In this document: positions 1-9,837 of the stretch, in pieces
Layout of the letters: every line of letters begins with the position of its first letter
Numbering within the stretch: position 1 is the first letter of the stretch
Source of the DNA: Candidatus Woesearchaeota archaeon
GTDB taxonomy: Archaea; Nanobdellota; Nanobdellia; Woesearchaeales; DSVV01
NCBI GenBank assembly: GCA_018657385.1
Contig: JABHXF010000028.1
Location: 1,472 to 65,471 of the forward strand
Direction: 5' to 3'
Length of the DNA: 64,000 bases
Notes under the pieces: generated by a model
What the model was told of the DNA's origin: nothing
The model's database searches: none
What the model saw: only the letters and a program-made list of their open reading frames with translations
Made by a program: the position numbers and the translations under genes

Positions 1-576
1 TAGATTAGCTAATAAATCTTTAGCTGCAAGAGCAAATGCCAATCCACCTAAACCAAGTCCTGCTAAAATTGAATTAATATTATATCCAAATTTATCAAGA
101 ATCATTAAACCTGCAATTATTACAATAAAAATCCTTACTAATTTTCTAATAATTGGAACTAGATGATCATCAAGGTCACTTTTTGTTCTTGCAGTTAATG
201 GTAAAAGATAATGTTTAATAATATCATCTAAGAATCTAATCATAAGCCAAGCAACACCGATGATAATTAAAACTTGAGTAATATTGCTAAATACTTTCAA
301 TGCACTTTCAGACAAGTTAAGGTAACCATAACCCACATAAAATCCAATAATTGAAATAAACCAAATAAAAGGAGATCCAAATGAACCAACTATTATATCA
401 TCAAACTTAGTTTCTGTTTTCTCTGCAAATTTATGGACTATATTTTTGATAATAAAATGCAAAATTTTACCAATAATAGCGGTTGCTAAAATAATCCCTA
501 AAAAAATTACAAATCTCCATACTTCTCTCCCTAATATTTCTGATGCTAATATATTGTTTAATAATTCCATTACCAT
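1..576 (-). CDS. MscS-family mechanosensitive channel, N-terminal part (C-terminus lies off the window)
   Basis: Reverse-strand reading frame open to the window edge with ATG at 576. It is absent from the ORF track because there is no in-window stop. It has several hydrophobic segments, and the tail ILAGLGLGGLAFALAAKDLLANL resembles the pore-lining TM3 motif of MscS channels. Confidence 0.6.
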   Translation of the reverse strand, partial: MVMELLNNILASEILGREVWRFVIFLGIILATAIIGKILHFIIKNIVHKFAEKTETKFDDIIVGSFGSPFIWFISIIGFYVGYGYLNLSESALKVFSNITQVLIIIGVAWLMIRFLDDIIKHYLLPLTARTKSDLDDHLVPIIRKLVRIFIVIIAGLMILDKFGYNINSILAGLGLGGLAFALAAKDLLANL

Positions 577-709
577 ATATTATTTTAAGTATGAAGTAGT
601 ATAAAAAGCTTGTGGTGTGAAATAAAGTATTAAAAGTAGAAAATTTTGAAAAAGTTTAAATACTTGAATTCATATGAAGTAATTTGTTGTGCATAAAGGG
701 GTGTAATTA

Positions 710-1351
710 ATGTCAAAAAAAGGACTATTTAAATTTACTAATCAATCACTATCTTGTTTTAAAACTAGACCTGAACCTGAATTTATTTCATTTTTAGGAG
801 ACATTAAATTAAGAGGAAAACTCTTGGATATTGGTTGTGGAATTGGATTAGAAGCAGGATATGCTGAGAAACTTGGTTTTGAAGTAATAGGTATTGATAA
901 AAATTATAGTTGTATTAAAAAAGCAAAAGAATTAAACAATAAAGTTAATTATCGACATGTTGATTTTTTTAATTATATCAAAAATATAACTCAAAATGAG
1001 TTTAATGTTATTGTAGATAGTAAATTTAGCAACAAATTAACATTAGGACAACTTAGAAGATATTATAAAAAAATTTCTAAAGTATTAAAATATGGAAGTT
1101 ATATGTATTTACAAATTTTATCTACAGATGATGCTTATTGTAAAGAACATTGTCCATTAAGAAAATGGACTAAGATAGATGATTTATATGTAAGATACTT
1201 CTCAAAAAAAGAGTTACAAAAATTGCTTAGTTTAACTGGATTAAAAATTGAAAGTTTTAAGACAATAAAGCAAAAATATAAATCTAATGACGAGCATAAA
1301 GAAGAAACATATCATATTATTATTGCAAAACAGATTGTTAAAAAGTGGTAA
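710..1351 (+). CDS. Class I SAM-dependent methyltransferase
   Basis: 213-aa ORF. LLDIGCGIGLEA is the glycine-rich SAM-binding motif I, and an acidic residue follows at the end of the next strand (VIGIDKN). Confidence 0.7.
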   Translation: MSKKGLFKFTNQSLSCFKTRPEPEFISFLGDIKLRGKLLDIGCGIGLEAGYAEKLGFEVIGIDKNYSCIKKAKELNNKVNYRHVDFFNYIKNITQNEFNVIVDSKFSNKLTLGQLRRYYKKISKVLKYGSYMYLQILSTDDAYCKEHCPLRKWTKIDDLYVRYFSKKELQKLLSLTGLKIESFKTIKQKYKSNDEHKEETYHIIIAKQIVKKW

Positions 1352-1444
1352 TATTTTCTTTTTAAAAAGATAACAGAAATAACAAAGCTTATATACTAGT
1401 AGTGGGATTAGTATACTAATAAATAACTAAAAGAGGTAATAATT

Positions 1445-1621
1445 ATGTCAAATGAATCTAAAATTACAGTCGGTGGTGCTGAAGCAAATTTTCTAAAAGC
1501 TATGTTAAAAAGTGCAGAAGAAAAATATACTGATCCTTTGCCTAATTCAGCTGCTGAAGACCCTAATGAAATTGAAAAATTAACAAAAGAACTTCAATCC
1601 AAATGGGCAATTAAAAAATAA
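1445..1621 (+). CDS. Small hypothetical protein (58 aa)
   Basis: ATG at 1445 is preceded by AAGAGGTAAT, and the stop TAA is at 1619-1621. It is below the ORF-track length cut-off, and I see no recognisable motif. Confidence 0.3.
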   Translation: MSNESKITVGGAEANFLKAMLKSAEEKYTDPLPNSAAEDPNEIEKLTKELQSKWAIKK

Positions 1622-1639
1622 TCATTTTTTTATTATATT

Positions 1640-1837
1640 TTATTTTAAATGCCATACTTGGGCAAACTTTTCAAAACTTCTATCATATGTTGCTTCTGCT
1701 TCTTCAGGAAAACAGCATGCAGGTAATTGTTTATTCTTAAGATGATATTGTAAACATTCACAACAAATGCCTTTTTTGGGACACCCCTTATATGTGCAGT
1801 TGCATCTTTCTAAGTTATTTTGTTTTTGGCATTCCAT
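1640..1837 (-). CDS. Small cysteine-rich protein (65 aa, 10 Cys)
   Basis: ORF with the pattern CxCx5Cx6CCxC...CC. It resembles small conserved Cys-rich proteins of anaerobes that I recall only vaguely. It lies 59 nt downstream of the radical SAM gene on the same strand. Confidence 0.5.
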   Translation of the reverse strand: MECQKQNNLERCNCTYKGCPKKGICCECLQYHLKNKQLPACCFPEEAEATYDRSFEKFAQVWHLK

Positions 1838-1896
1838 TTTCTAGTTTAATATATTTATTATTCTCATTAATTATAATTCTTAATTATAATTTTTAA

Positions 1897-3579
1897 TCAT
1901 ACTTCTTGATTATATTTACTTAATGCTGCTTTTGCTAGCTCATTATTTTCGTTAACTGATAAGACTGTTTTCCACTCTTTTATTGCTTCTTCAGTTAAGT
2001 TTTTCTTTTCATAAGCTAGTCCTAAAGCATAATGAGCTAATTCATGACCAGGTGCAATTCTAAACACTCTTTTAAAATCTTTAATTGCTTGTTCAACACT
2101 ACCGCCTTCTCTTAAATTAGGATTTTCTAAAAAATTTAAACTATTTGCTTTTTGCCATAATTTGTTAATATAGTCCTCATCAAATTCATCTGTATGTATT
2201 AAGGTAAAACCAAACAAAATTTGATTAAAATCAAGATTTCTATCAATATAATTATTATCCCAACAAGTTTTAAATAATTCAGTCCCTGGTAAAGGTGTTG
2301 TAATACTAAAGCATAACCAGTCTATACCTAATTTTTTTGCGAACTCCAAGGTCATATCCATTTCTGCTTTTGTTTCTCCAGGAGTTCCTAACATAAAGAA
2401 TGCCCTTGTTTTTAATCCTACATCTTTAGCAATATTAATAATATCTTCTGCTTTTTCTAAAGATAATGGTTTCTTAATAACTTTGCTTACAACTCTTTGA
2501 CAGCCGCTTTCAATTGCAAGAGTAATACTTGCACACCCACTTCTTTTAATTCTCTCTAATATATCTCTATCAAGAGCATAAGTTGCAATACCATTAGGTG
2601 TTGTCCATGTCATATCCCAACCTTTATTTTCAATGCCATCTATAATGCCATCTAATATTTTAATAGTTCTTTCTTTATTAAATGTGAAGTTATCGTCTAG
2701 AATAAGAAATTCTTTTACATCATATTTACCAATTAAATATTCTATTTCTCCTAAAACATGTTCAGCAGATCTTGCCCTGTATTTCTGACCCCACATTATT
2801 GGAGCAGAACAATAAATACAACTAGCAGGACATCCTCTGCTTGTTACTAAAGTTGCCCATGGCGTTCTTGTAGCTTCTCCTTGAGGTAAATTAACCTCCC
2901 AATATTTTTGATTAGGAATAAGATGTCTTGCAGGAAATGGAAGTTCATCTAAATTTTCAATAGCTTTTGTTTTAGGAATTATTCTAATCTCATGATTAAT
3001 TCTCAAAGCAATACCATCTAAATCATCAAACTTTAATTCACCATTTAGGAAATTCATTAATTCTAAAAAAGAATAATCTGCTTCCCCTAAAACTGCATAA
3101 TCTAAATTATCATCTGAAAGAACATTTTTAGTATCAAAAGTTGGGTGAACACCACCTGTTACTGTAATGTAATTTGGATCAATTGATTTAATTAGTTTAA
3201 ATAATCTTTTTGCATCCTTATATTTTGTTGTGATAGTACAAGAAACACCAATAACATCTGGCTGGAAATCTTTGATATGTTTTATAATATCTGCATCATC
3301 AAGGCCATACCTATAGATTCCAGGTTCTATCTCTCTTCCAATATGACATTGAGGATCTTCTACAATTGCATCTAAGATTTTAACAATAAAATTATTTTTT
3401 TCAAGAACTGCTGCAATATATGCTAAACCAATTGGTGGTTGAACACCAGGCCTTGCTTTTGCCATGAATTCAATAGGAACTGTTCTTGGTGGCTCAATTA
3501 AGAGAATTCTTTTTACTTCTTTTTTAGTTATACTGTCTCTCATTGTATTCGTTGTATTAATTGTATCCATCGTAATCAT
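1897..3579 (-). CDS. B12-binding-domain radical SAM protein with C-terminal TPR-like repeats
   Basis: 560 aa. The N-terminus has a Rossmann-like cobalamin-binding layout, and CPASCIYC is the CxxxCxxC radical SAM cluster motif. The tail AHYALGLAYEKKNLTEEAIKEWKTVL looks like TPR repeats. Confidence 0.8.
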   Translation of the reverse strand: MITMDTINTTNTMRDSITKKEVKRILLIEPPRTVPIEFMAKARPGVQPPIGLAYIAAVLEKNNFIVKILDAIVEDPQCHIGREIEPGIYRYGLDDADIIKHIKDFQPDVIGVSCTITTKYKDAKRLFKLIKSIDPNYITVTGGVHPTFDTKNVLSDDNLDYAVLGEADYSFLELMNFLNGELKFDDLDGIALRINHEIRIIPKTKAIENLDELPFPARHLIPNQKYWEVNLPQGEATRTPWATLVTSRGCPASCIYCSAPIMWGQKYRARSAEHVLGEIEYLIGKYDVKEFLILDDNFTFNKERTIKILDGIIDGIENKGWDMTWTTPNGIATYALDRDILERIKRSGCASITLAIESGCQRVVSKVIKKPLSLEKAEDIINIAKDVGLKTRAFFMLGTPGETKAEMDMTLEFAKKLGIDWLCFSITTPLPGTELFKTCWDNNYIDRNLDFNQILFGFTLIHTDEFDEDYINKLWQKANSLNFLENPNLREGGSVEQAIKDFKRVFRIAPGHELAHYALGLAYEKKNLTEEAIKEWKTVLSVNENNELAKAALSKYNQEV

Positions 3580-3661
3580 TCAAACCAGGCCATATTTATA
3601 TTTTTTGCATTAAAGTATGTGTTAAATGTAAATAAAAGGGGTAAAAATATAGAAATTAGAT

Positions 3662-3702
3662 GTATATTGTACATATATTTGAGTATATTGTTAGTATATT
3701 GT
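3662..3702. repeat. Three direct copies of GTATATTGT in the divergent promoter region
   Basis: GTATATTGT occurs at 3662-3670, 3683-3691 and 3694-3702, between the radical SAM gene (-) and uS15 (+). Confidence 0.5.
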
Positions 3703-3876
3703 ATGTGTATTACCCAGAACAAATAAGAACATTTATAAAGGAATTACCCATCCTAACCTATATTATCAAGAGATGACATTGTCCAATCAATACAATTTAT
3801 AGATGGGCTTTGTTAAACTGGAGATGAGAAGAATTTCTTATTTCCCAATTATAAAACATAATATGAGGTAATAAAC

Positions 3877-4332
3877 ATGGCAAGAATGCATTCAAGAGAT
3901 AAAGGTAAATCAGGTTCAACTAAGCCAATTAAAGCTACTGTTCCTACATGGGTTAGATACAAAGCAAAAGAAGTTGAATTATTAGTTGCAAAACTTTCAA
4001 AAGAAAAAAATTCAGCATCTGAAGTTGGAATTATACTAAGAGATGTTTATGGTATTCCTTCAGTTAAAACATTAACAAAAAAATCTATAAGTCAAATATT
4101 AAAAGAAAAAGATTTATTATCAGAAATACCTGAAGACTTGATTAATTTGATGAGAAAAAGTCTTGAAGTTAAAAAACATTTAGAGGAAAATCATAAAGAT
4201 CAAGTTGCAAAACGTGGTTTACAATTAACAGATTCAAAAATCAAGAGATTTGTTAAATATTATAAAAGTACAAAAAGACTACCAAAAGATTGGAAGTATG
4301 ATCCAGATAAGATTAGATTACTGATTAGTTAA
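3877..4332 (+). CDS. rps15: 30S ribosomal protein uS15 (archaeal S15P/S13e type)
   Basis: 151 aa. The N-terminus MARMHSRDKGKSGSTKP is typical of archaeal/eukaryotic-type S15, and a GAGGT Shine-Dalgarno sequence lies upstream. Confidence 0.9.
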   Translation: MARMHSRDKGKSGSTKPIKATVPTWVRYKAKEVELLVAKLSKEKNSASEVGIILRDVYGIPSVKTLTKKSISQILKEKDLLSEIPEDLINLMRKSLEVKKHLEENHKDQVAKRGLQLTDSKIKRFVKYYKSTKRLPKDWKYDPDKIRLLIS

Positions 4333-4508
4333 GAATTTTTTATTCTTTTCTTTTTTATTTCTAGTTTATACAAGTATTAATTTCTTTTTATGTTTATGCA
4401 AGGACTATTAGGAGCATTGATAATGTTGGAAAGCAAAACTTATTTAAAGTAGCTAGTTATTAAAAATTTGTTTTTAAAAATAAAATTTGGTCTAAAAGAG
4501 GGGGAAAC

Positions 4509-5918
4509 TTGGAACTTAATTCATATATTAAACAAGGTGTTGAAAGATTTAAGAATATTGATAATAAAGAAGTAATTAGAGTTATAAGTCATCTTGATAC
4601 TGACGGCATATGTAGTGCAGCAATTCTTACAAAAGCAATGATTAGAGAAAGAAAAAAATTTTCTATCACATTTATTAATTATTTATCTGAAGAATTTGTT
4701 AGAGCCTTAGGCAATGAACAACACAAACATATAATATTTCTTGATCTTGGAACTAGTCAAATTAAAAATATCAAAAAATATCTAAAAGAAAAAGAAATAT
4801 ATGTACTAGATCATCATTCTACAAGAATTCGAACAGAAGAGGAAGGAGTATTTCATTTGAATCCATCAATATACGGCACTGACGGCTCAAAAGAAGTTAG
4901 TGGAGCAAGTGTTGTATATTTATTTGCAAAAGAATTAAACAACAAAAATCTTGATCTTGCATATTTAGGAATAGTTGGAGCAATTGGAGATTCTCAAGAA
5001 AATAATGGTTTTTTAGGATTAAACAATGAAGTACTAGATGATGCAATTAAATCAAAAAAGATTAATATAGAAAAAGGAATTAGATTTTTTGGAGCTGAAA
5101 ACAAACCATTGTATAAAGTATTAAAAAATAGTGTTGATATTTATATCCCTGGAGTTACAGGTAGTGATGATAAAGCACTTGAACTTCTTGAATCATTAAA
5201 TATAGAAGCAAAAAAAAAGGGAAGATGGACTAGATTAGAAGACTTAGAAGAAGACCAACTTAAAGCTTTGATAGAAAGTATTGTATTAAAAAGACAATCT
5301 TTATCTCAAAATGAATTGAAAAAAAATGATATTTTCGGCAATAAATATATTCTACTTGGTGCAAATCCAGAAATAAGAGATTTAAGAGAACTATCCACAA
5401 TGATAAATGCATGTGGTAGGTTAGATAAAGCTTCTGTTGGTATGGGATTATTATTAGGAGATAAAAAATGCTTTTTAAGGGCAACATTTACACTTAAAGA
5501 ATACAAAAAAGAGATTCTAAAAGCAATTAAATGGATTGAAAGTAAAAAAAGAACTAAAAAAGTAATTCAGGAAAAAGGATATATGATAATTAATGCTGGA
5601 GAAGAGATTACTCCTAAAATACTCGGAACAATCACTAGTATGTTTACCAGAAATAGAGAAATTGAATATGGCACATATTTAATGGGCTTATCAAGAACAT
5701 TTAATGACAAAATTAAGATTTCTTTTAGAATTGTAGGAAACAGAAGTAAAGTAAGTCTTCAACGATTATTAGAAAGTATTGTTGAAAAATTTGATGGAGA
5801 ATGTGGTGGGCACCATAATGCTGCAGGTGGCTTAATCCATGTAAAACATGAAGAGAAATTTATTGAAACTGTTAAGATGGAGTTAGGGAAGAAAGCAATG
5901 GAAGAAGTTATAGAGTGA
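4509..5918 (+). CDS. DHH/DHHA1 phosphoesterase, archaeal RecJ/GAN (Cdc45-like) family
   Basis: 469 aa with a TTG start after GAGGGGG. Motifs are SHLDTDGICS (DHH motif I), VLDHHS (DHH motif III) and GGHHNAAGG (DHHA1 motif). Confidence 0.75.
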   Translation: MELNSYIKQGVERFKNIDNKEVIRVISHLDTDGICSAAILTKAMIRERKKFSITFINYLSEEFVRALGNEQHKHIIFLDLGTSQIKNIKKYLKEKEIYVLDHHSTRIRTEEEGVFHLNPSIYGTDGSKEVSGASVVYLFAKELNNKNLDLAYLGIVGAIGDSQENNGFLGLNNEVLDDAIKSKKINIEKGIRFFGAENKPLYKVLKNSVDIYIPGVTGSDDKALELLESLNIEAKKKGRWTRLEDLEEDQLKALIESIVLKRQSLSQNELKKNDIFGNKYILLGANPEIRDLRELSTMINACGRLDKASVGMGLLLGDKKCFLRATFTLKEYKKEILKAIKWIESKKRTKKVIQEKGYMIINAGEEITPKILGTITSMFTRNREIEYGTYLMGLSRTFNDKIKISFRIVGNRSKVSLQRLLESIVEKFDGECGGHHNAAGGLIHVKHEEKFIETVKMELGKKAMEEVIE

Positions 5919-6020
5919 TTTTAATAAATTCTTCTAATAATAATTCTTCAAATAATTAATATAATAATAAAGAAAAACAAAGAATAAGAAATAAAAATCC
6001 AAAGTCTTGGAATTTTTAAT

Positions 6021-6042
6021 GTTTCTGATAGGAATCAGAAAC
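6021..6042. terminator. Perfect 9-bp hairpin between convergent genes
   Basis: GTTTCTGAT-AGGA-ATCAGAAAC ends 4 nt from the stop of the 6046-6318 gene and lies downstream of the RecJ-like gene. Confidence 0.4.
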
Positions 6043-6045
6043 AAA

Positions 6046-6318
6046 TCACAAAGCATTCCTGATCTGATCAATATGTTCAACAACTTCTTGGCCTTTTTTT
6101 GTTAAGCTTAATAGTTTTAATCTACCTTGTTTGTTGAAATTAATTAAACCTGCAAGATGCATTTGTTGAAGAATCTTAACTACATGACTATATGTACAAT
6201 CAATCTGTTTAGCTAAAGAGCTAGCATAAACTTCACTCTTTGCATTGTATAATCCAATTAGCATTAAAGCTGGTTTTTCTCTAAAAATAACATTAAATAT
6301 TTCTTTAGTTTTTATCAA
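6046..6318 (-). CDS. Small winged-helix transcription regulator (ArsR/MarR-like)
   Basis: 90 aa. The layout LAKQIDCTYSHVVKILQQMHLAGLINFNKQGRLKLLSLTKKG fits a helix-turn-helix plus wing. Confidence 0.5.
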   Translation of the reverse strand: MIKTKEIFNVIFREKPALMLIGLYNAKSEVYASSLAKQIDCTYSHVVKILQQMHLAGLINFNKQGRLKLLSLTKKGQEVVEHIDQIRNAL

Positions 6319-6607
6319 ATTAACACCCCGAATTTAATTTATTGTTTAATCACTCACTTTTTTTGGTGTTTGAAGATTTTAATAACTCTTAATGATTAAT
6401 AGAGAAAATTCAATCATATTTAAATCTATTGAAAATAGATAATGAAAAATAAAGAATACATCATAGATATAGTTGTTTATAGTAACCAAAATATATTTTT
6501 TAGTATACTGGTTTAATTATATGGATATAGAAAAATGAGCATTATTTTAAGAAAGTTTATTAAGAGTCATTAAATCATGTTTTCATATAGTAAATGGTGC
6601 TTAAATA

Positions 6608-8620
6608 ATGCAATCAAAAGATATTCTTAAACCAAATAATACATTTAAATCAGGTGATTCTATTAAAGGAGATGATCCTATTAAAGCAGATGATTCTCTT
6701 AAATCAGAAGATATTCTATTCCCACATGAAAAAATACGAAATGAACAAAATAAATTGATTAGTGATATAATCAATGCTGTTAAAAATAAGAAAAGTCTTA
6801 TTGCCCATGCCCCAACAGGTTTAGGCAAGACTGCTGCTGCCTTAAGTCCTATATTAAAATATGCCATTGAAAATGATTTAACTGTATTTTTTTTAACATC
6901 TAGACATACTCAACATAAGATTGCAATTGATACTTTAAGAGAAATTAAGGAAAAGCATAATGTTAAATTTAATGTTGCAGATATTATTGGGAAAAAATGG
7001 ATGTGTGGAGTTCCAAATATTTCAGGTTTATTTCCTAATGAGTTTATAGAATATTGTAAAAATATGCGTGAAACAAAAAAGTGTGCTTATTTTATTAACA
7101 CAAGGGGTGGTGATAATACAAGCAGTAAATCAATCAACTCTAATAAAATCACAGTAAAAGCAAAAAAAATAATTGAAGATCTCAAATTAGGTATAAGAGA
7201 TTCTGAGGATATAATTGAATTTTGTTCAAAAGATGAATTATGTCCTTATGAGATTTCAATAGAACTTGCAAGAAACGCTAAAGTAATTATTTCAGATTAT
7301 TATTATGTGTTTAATCCACATGTTAATGAAGTCTTTTTTAAAAAGATTAATGCAGAATTAGAAAAAAGTATAATTATTGTTGATGAAGCTCACAATTTGC
7401 CAGATAGAATTAGAAACTTAGCAACAAACAGACTAACAAGTATGATGTTAAAAAGAGCAATTAAAGAAGCAAAAAAACATGGTTATACTGAAACATTAGG
7501 GAATTTAGTTTATGCTCAAGATGTACTTATTCAGTTATCAAGAAAATTTGAAAAAATGAGTAATAATTCTAGAAGTTATTATAAGGAAACAAAAGTAACA
7601 AAAGAAGAATTTATGGATGCAATTAATAAAGAGAAAAATTATGATGATATATTATCTGATTTAATTTCTATTGCTGAATCAATAAGAGAAACTCAAAAAA
7701 GAAGTTTTATTGGAGGAATTGCGAGATTTTTTGAATATTGGCCAAAAGATGATGAAGGGTTTACAAGAATACTTAAACTTGAAGAAACTAAAGAAGGACA
7801 AATAATTACTTTAAGTTTTACTTGCTTAGACCCATCTATAATTACTAGTCCTGTTATTGAAGAATGTCATTCATGTATTTTTATGTCAGGAACATTAACA
7901 CCAACATTTATGTATAAAGACTTATTAGGTGTAAAAAATGGAATTGAAAAAGAATATAAATCACCATTTCCTCTCAAAAATAGATTAAATCTAATTGTTC
8001 CAAAAACAACAACTAAATTTGAAAAAAGAAGTACACAACAATATGAAAACATAGGGAAAACAACAGCAGATATTGTAAATAAAATTAAAGGTAATGTTTT
8101 TATGTTTTTTCCAAGCTATAAAATGCGTGATAGTGTTTATCTATTTTTTATGAATTTATGTAAAAAAACTATTTTTCTTGAAGATTCAAAAATGAGCAAA
8201 GAACAAAGATTAGAAATGCTAGAAAAATTTAAAATGTATAAAAAAACAGGGGCAGTATTATTAGGTGTTACCTCTGGGAGTTTTGGTGAAGGAATAGATA
8301 TGCCAGGTGATTTATTAAATGGTGTTGTGGTTGTAGGGTTACCATTAGGTGTTCCTGATTTAGAAACAAAAGAATTAATTAATTATTTTGATAAAAAATA
8401 TCAAAAAGGTTGGGATTATGGTTATTTGTACCCAGCATTCCAAAAAACACTACAAAATGCAGGTAGATGCATCAGAAGTGAAACAGATAAAGGAGTTACA
8501 GTATTCTTAGATGAAAGATATGCTTGGTCAAGATATAAAAATTGCTTTCCAGATGATTATGAAATGGTTGTTGTTGAAGAATATGGTGATGTTATTGAAA
8601 AGTTCTTTAAAACCTCATAA
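6608..8620 (+). CDS. xpd: XPD/Rad3-family (DinG-like) 5'-3' DNA helicase
   Basis: 670 aa. AHAPTGLGKT is the Walker A motif and VDEAHNL the DEAH box. Four Cys lie between them, consistent with the Fe-S domain, and the C-terminus carries QNAGRCIRS (motif VI). Confidence 0.8.
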   Translation: MQSKDILKPNNTFKSGDSIKGDDPIKADDSLKSEDILFPHEKIRNEQNKLISDIINAVKNKKSLIAHAPTGLGKTAAALSPILKYAIENDLTVFFLTSRHTQHKIAIDTLREIKEKHNVKFNVADIIGKKWMCGVPNISGLFPNEFIEYCKNMRETKKCAYFINTRGGDNTSSKSINSNKITVKAKKIIEDLKLGIRDSEDIIEFCSKDELCPYEISIELARNAKVIISDYYYVFNPHVNEVFFKKINAELEKSIIIVDEAHNLPDRIRNLATNRLTSMMLKRAIKEAKKHGYTETLGNLVYAQDVLIQLSRKFEKMSNNSRSYYKETKVTKEEFMDAINKEKNYDDILSDLISIAESIRETQKRSFIGGIARFFEYWPKDDEGFTRILKLEETKEGQIITLSFTCLDPSIITSPVIEECHSCIFMSGTLTPTFMYKDLLGVKNGIEKEYKSPFPLKNRLNLIVPKTTTKFEKRSTQQYENIGKTTADIVNKIKGNVFMFFPSYKMRDSVYLFFMNLCKKTIFLEDSKMSKEQRLEMLEKFKMYKKTGAVLLGVTSGSFGEGIDMPGDLLNGVVVVGLPLGVPDLETKELINYFDKKYQKGWDYGYLYPAFQKTLQNAGRCIRSETDKGVTVFLDERYAWSRYKNCFPDDYEMVVVEEYGDVIEKFFKTS

Positions 8621-8669
8621 AAAGATAGTTCCTGATTAATGCACTGCTTCATGAGCTGGAAAATGCATT

Positions 8670-9356
8670 TCAATATAAAGATCCTTGAGAAAAAAGTAAT
8701 TGTCTTCCATGATATGGTTGTTGGGTTTGTGTAGGCATCTTAAACTCAAAACCACGGCTGTTTGCATATCCAATCATTGTTTCAAGGTATTGTTGCAAAG
8801 GTTTTGATTCAGTAATACCAATCCTACCAAGCATATCTTCTAGATCTTTTGACATCCCACCATGACCCATAGTATAATTAAGACCTGCCAATGAATCCTC
8901 AACTAACATTATTAAAGTAGATAACCTTGCTAATGAGCCAATTTTTTTTCCTCCTAAACGTCTTTCTCCATGAATATTAAAAGGAAAAAAATCTTTAAAG
9001 CGCATAGTTTTTTCAACTGGAAAAACATAAAGATCTGATTGCCCAATACTATGTGAACCTAAGTAATAATGAGTAATTACTCTAACCTTATCTGGAACTG
9101 GTTTTGGATCATGGTCTTTAAATTTATTAGCATAAGAACCTGTCCAAGACTCTTCTAATGATCTACTTAATGAGAAATATTCTTGTCTTTCTCTAACTGG
9201 AAGTTTTACTATATCTTTAGGTTTCAGAGAAAGATCTAAACCATGGTCTGGGTTATTTAATATGTCCTCCCTAATTCTTTTGATTTGCATTTTAGAAAGA
9301 GTTACAATTGAATTTAAAAAAGTGACTAAATAGATCTCATCAAAATACCAATACAT
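8670..9356 (-). CDS. Hypothetical protein
   Basis: 228-aa ORF with ordinary composition. The real start may be the internal MQIKRIRED. No motif recognised. Confidence 0.4.
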   Translation of the reverse strand: MYWYFDEIYLVTFLNSIVTLSKMQIKRIREDILNNPDHGLDLSLKPKDIVKLPVRERQEYFSLSRSLEESWTGSYANKFKDHDPKPVPDKVRVITHYYLGSHSIGQSDLYVFPVEKTMRFKDFFPFNIHGERRLGGKKIGSLARLSTLIMLVEDSLAGLNYTMGHGGMSKDLEDMLGRIGITESKPLQQYLETMIGYANSRGFEFKMPTQTQQPYHGRQLLFSQGSLY

Positions 9357-9414
9357 AAACTAGTATACAGAAACGTAACATTTATATAGGACTGAGTATT
9401 AATTTCATATTAAT

Positions 9415-9801
9415 ATGGTATTATTATTTGATAATTATAATCTCCCAGATGATATATTTGAAATAGTTTTTGCAACTAAACAACAAGCAATTGTTGGAAA
9501 ACTTCTTATTAAGAAATTAAAGTTAAATAATGGAATATTTACAAAAAAAGAAATGAGTGAATTTGCCACAACATTACATGATGGTGAAATGATTGCAGAA
9601 ATTGAAGATTCACAGTTCAAAGGTAAAAAAGTTAAACTAAGTTATAACAAAAGACAGTTTTATGATAGAATTTTAACACCAATGAAGTCAATGGGATTAA
9701 TTGATTATGATCTATATAAAAAAATATATAAACTAAGTGATCAATTTAATAAAGTATTGATTAATATTGGTATCTTATGGATGCAAGAGTACAGAAAATA
9801 A
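9415..9801 (+). CDS. Hypothetical protein
   Basis: 128-aa ORF that fills the intergenic space cleanly. No motif recognised. Confidence 0.4.
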   Translation: MVLLFDNYNLPDDIFEIVFATKQQAIVGKLLIKKLKLNNGIFTKKEMSEFATTLHDGEMIAEIEDSQFKGKKVKLSYNKRQFYDRILTPMKSMGLIDYDLYKKIYKLSDQFNKVLINIGILWMQEYRK

Positions 9802-9837
9802 TTATTATCTTAATATTTAAAAAAAAAGAGGTGTAGA

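Noticed and set aside
5260-5506. Short ORFs nested antisense inside longer genes. Examples are 5260-5487, 5306-5506, 6601-6867, 7867-8052, 9435-9620, 10294-10476, 11304-11504, 12540-12731, 12792-13034, 14004-14345, 14613-14963, 18469-18663, 18751-18975, 20385-20582, 23551-23772, 25140-25421, 31525-31731, 33172-33354, 34012-34296, 36760-36948, 37047-37553, 38348-38545, 38697-39440, 41426-42722, 43506-43829, 47375-47560, 48526-48729, 50567-50875, 53403-53680, 54086-54295, 55369-55662, 56525-56982, 57940-58197, 58666-58911, 59817-60053, 60241-60480 and 61944-62126.
   Set aside because: All are fully embedded in, or antisense to, longer ORFs with recognisable family motifs. They have low-complexity F/L/I/S-rich translations.
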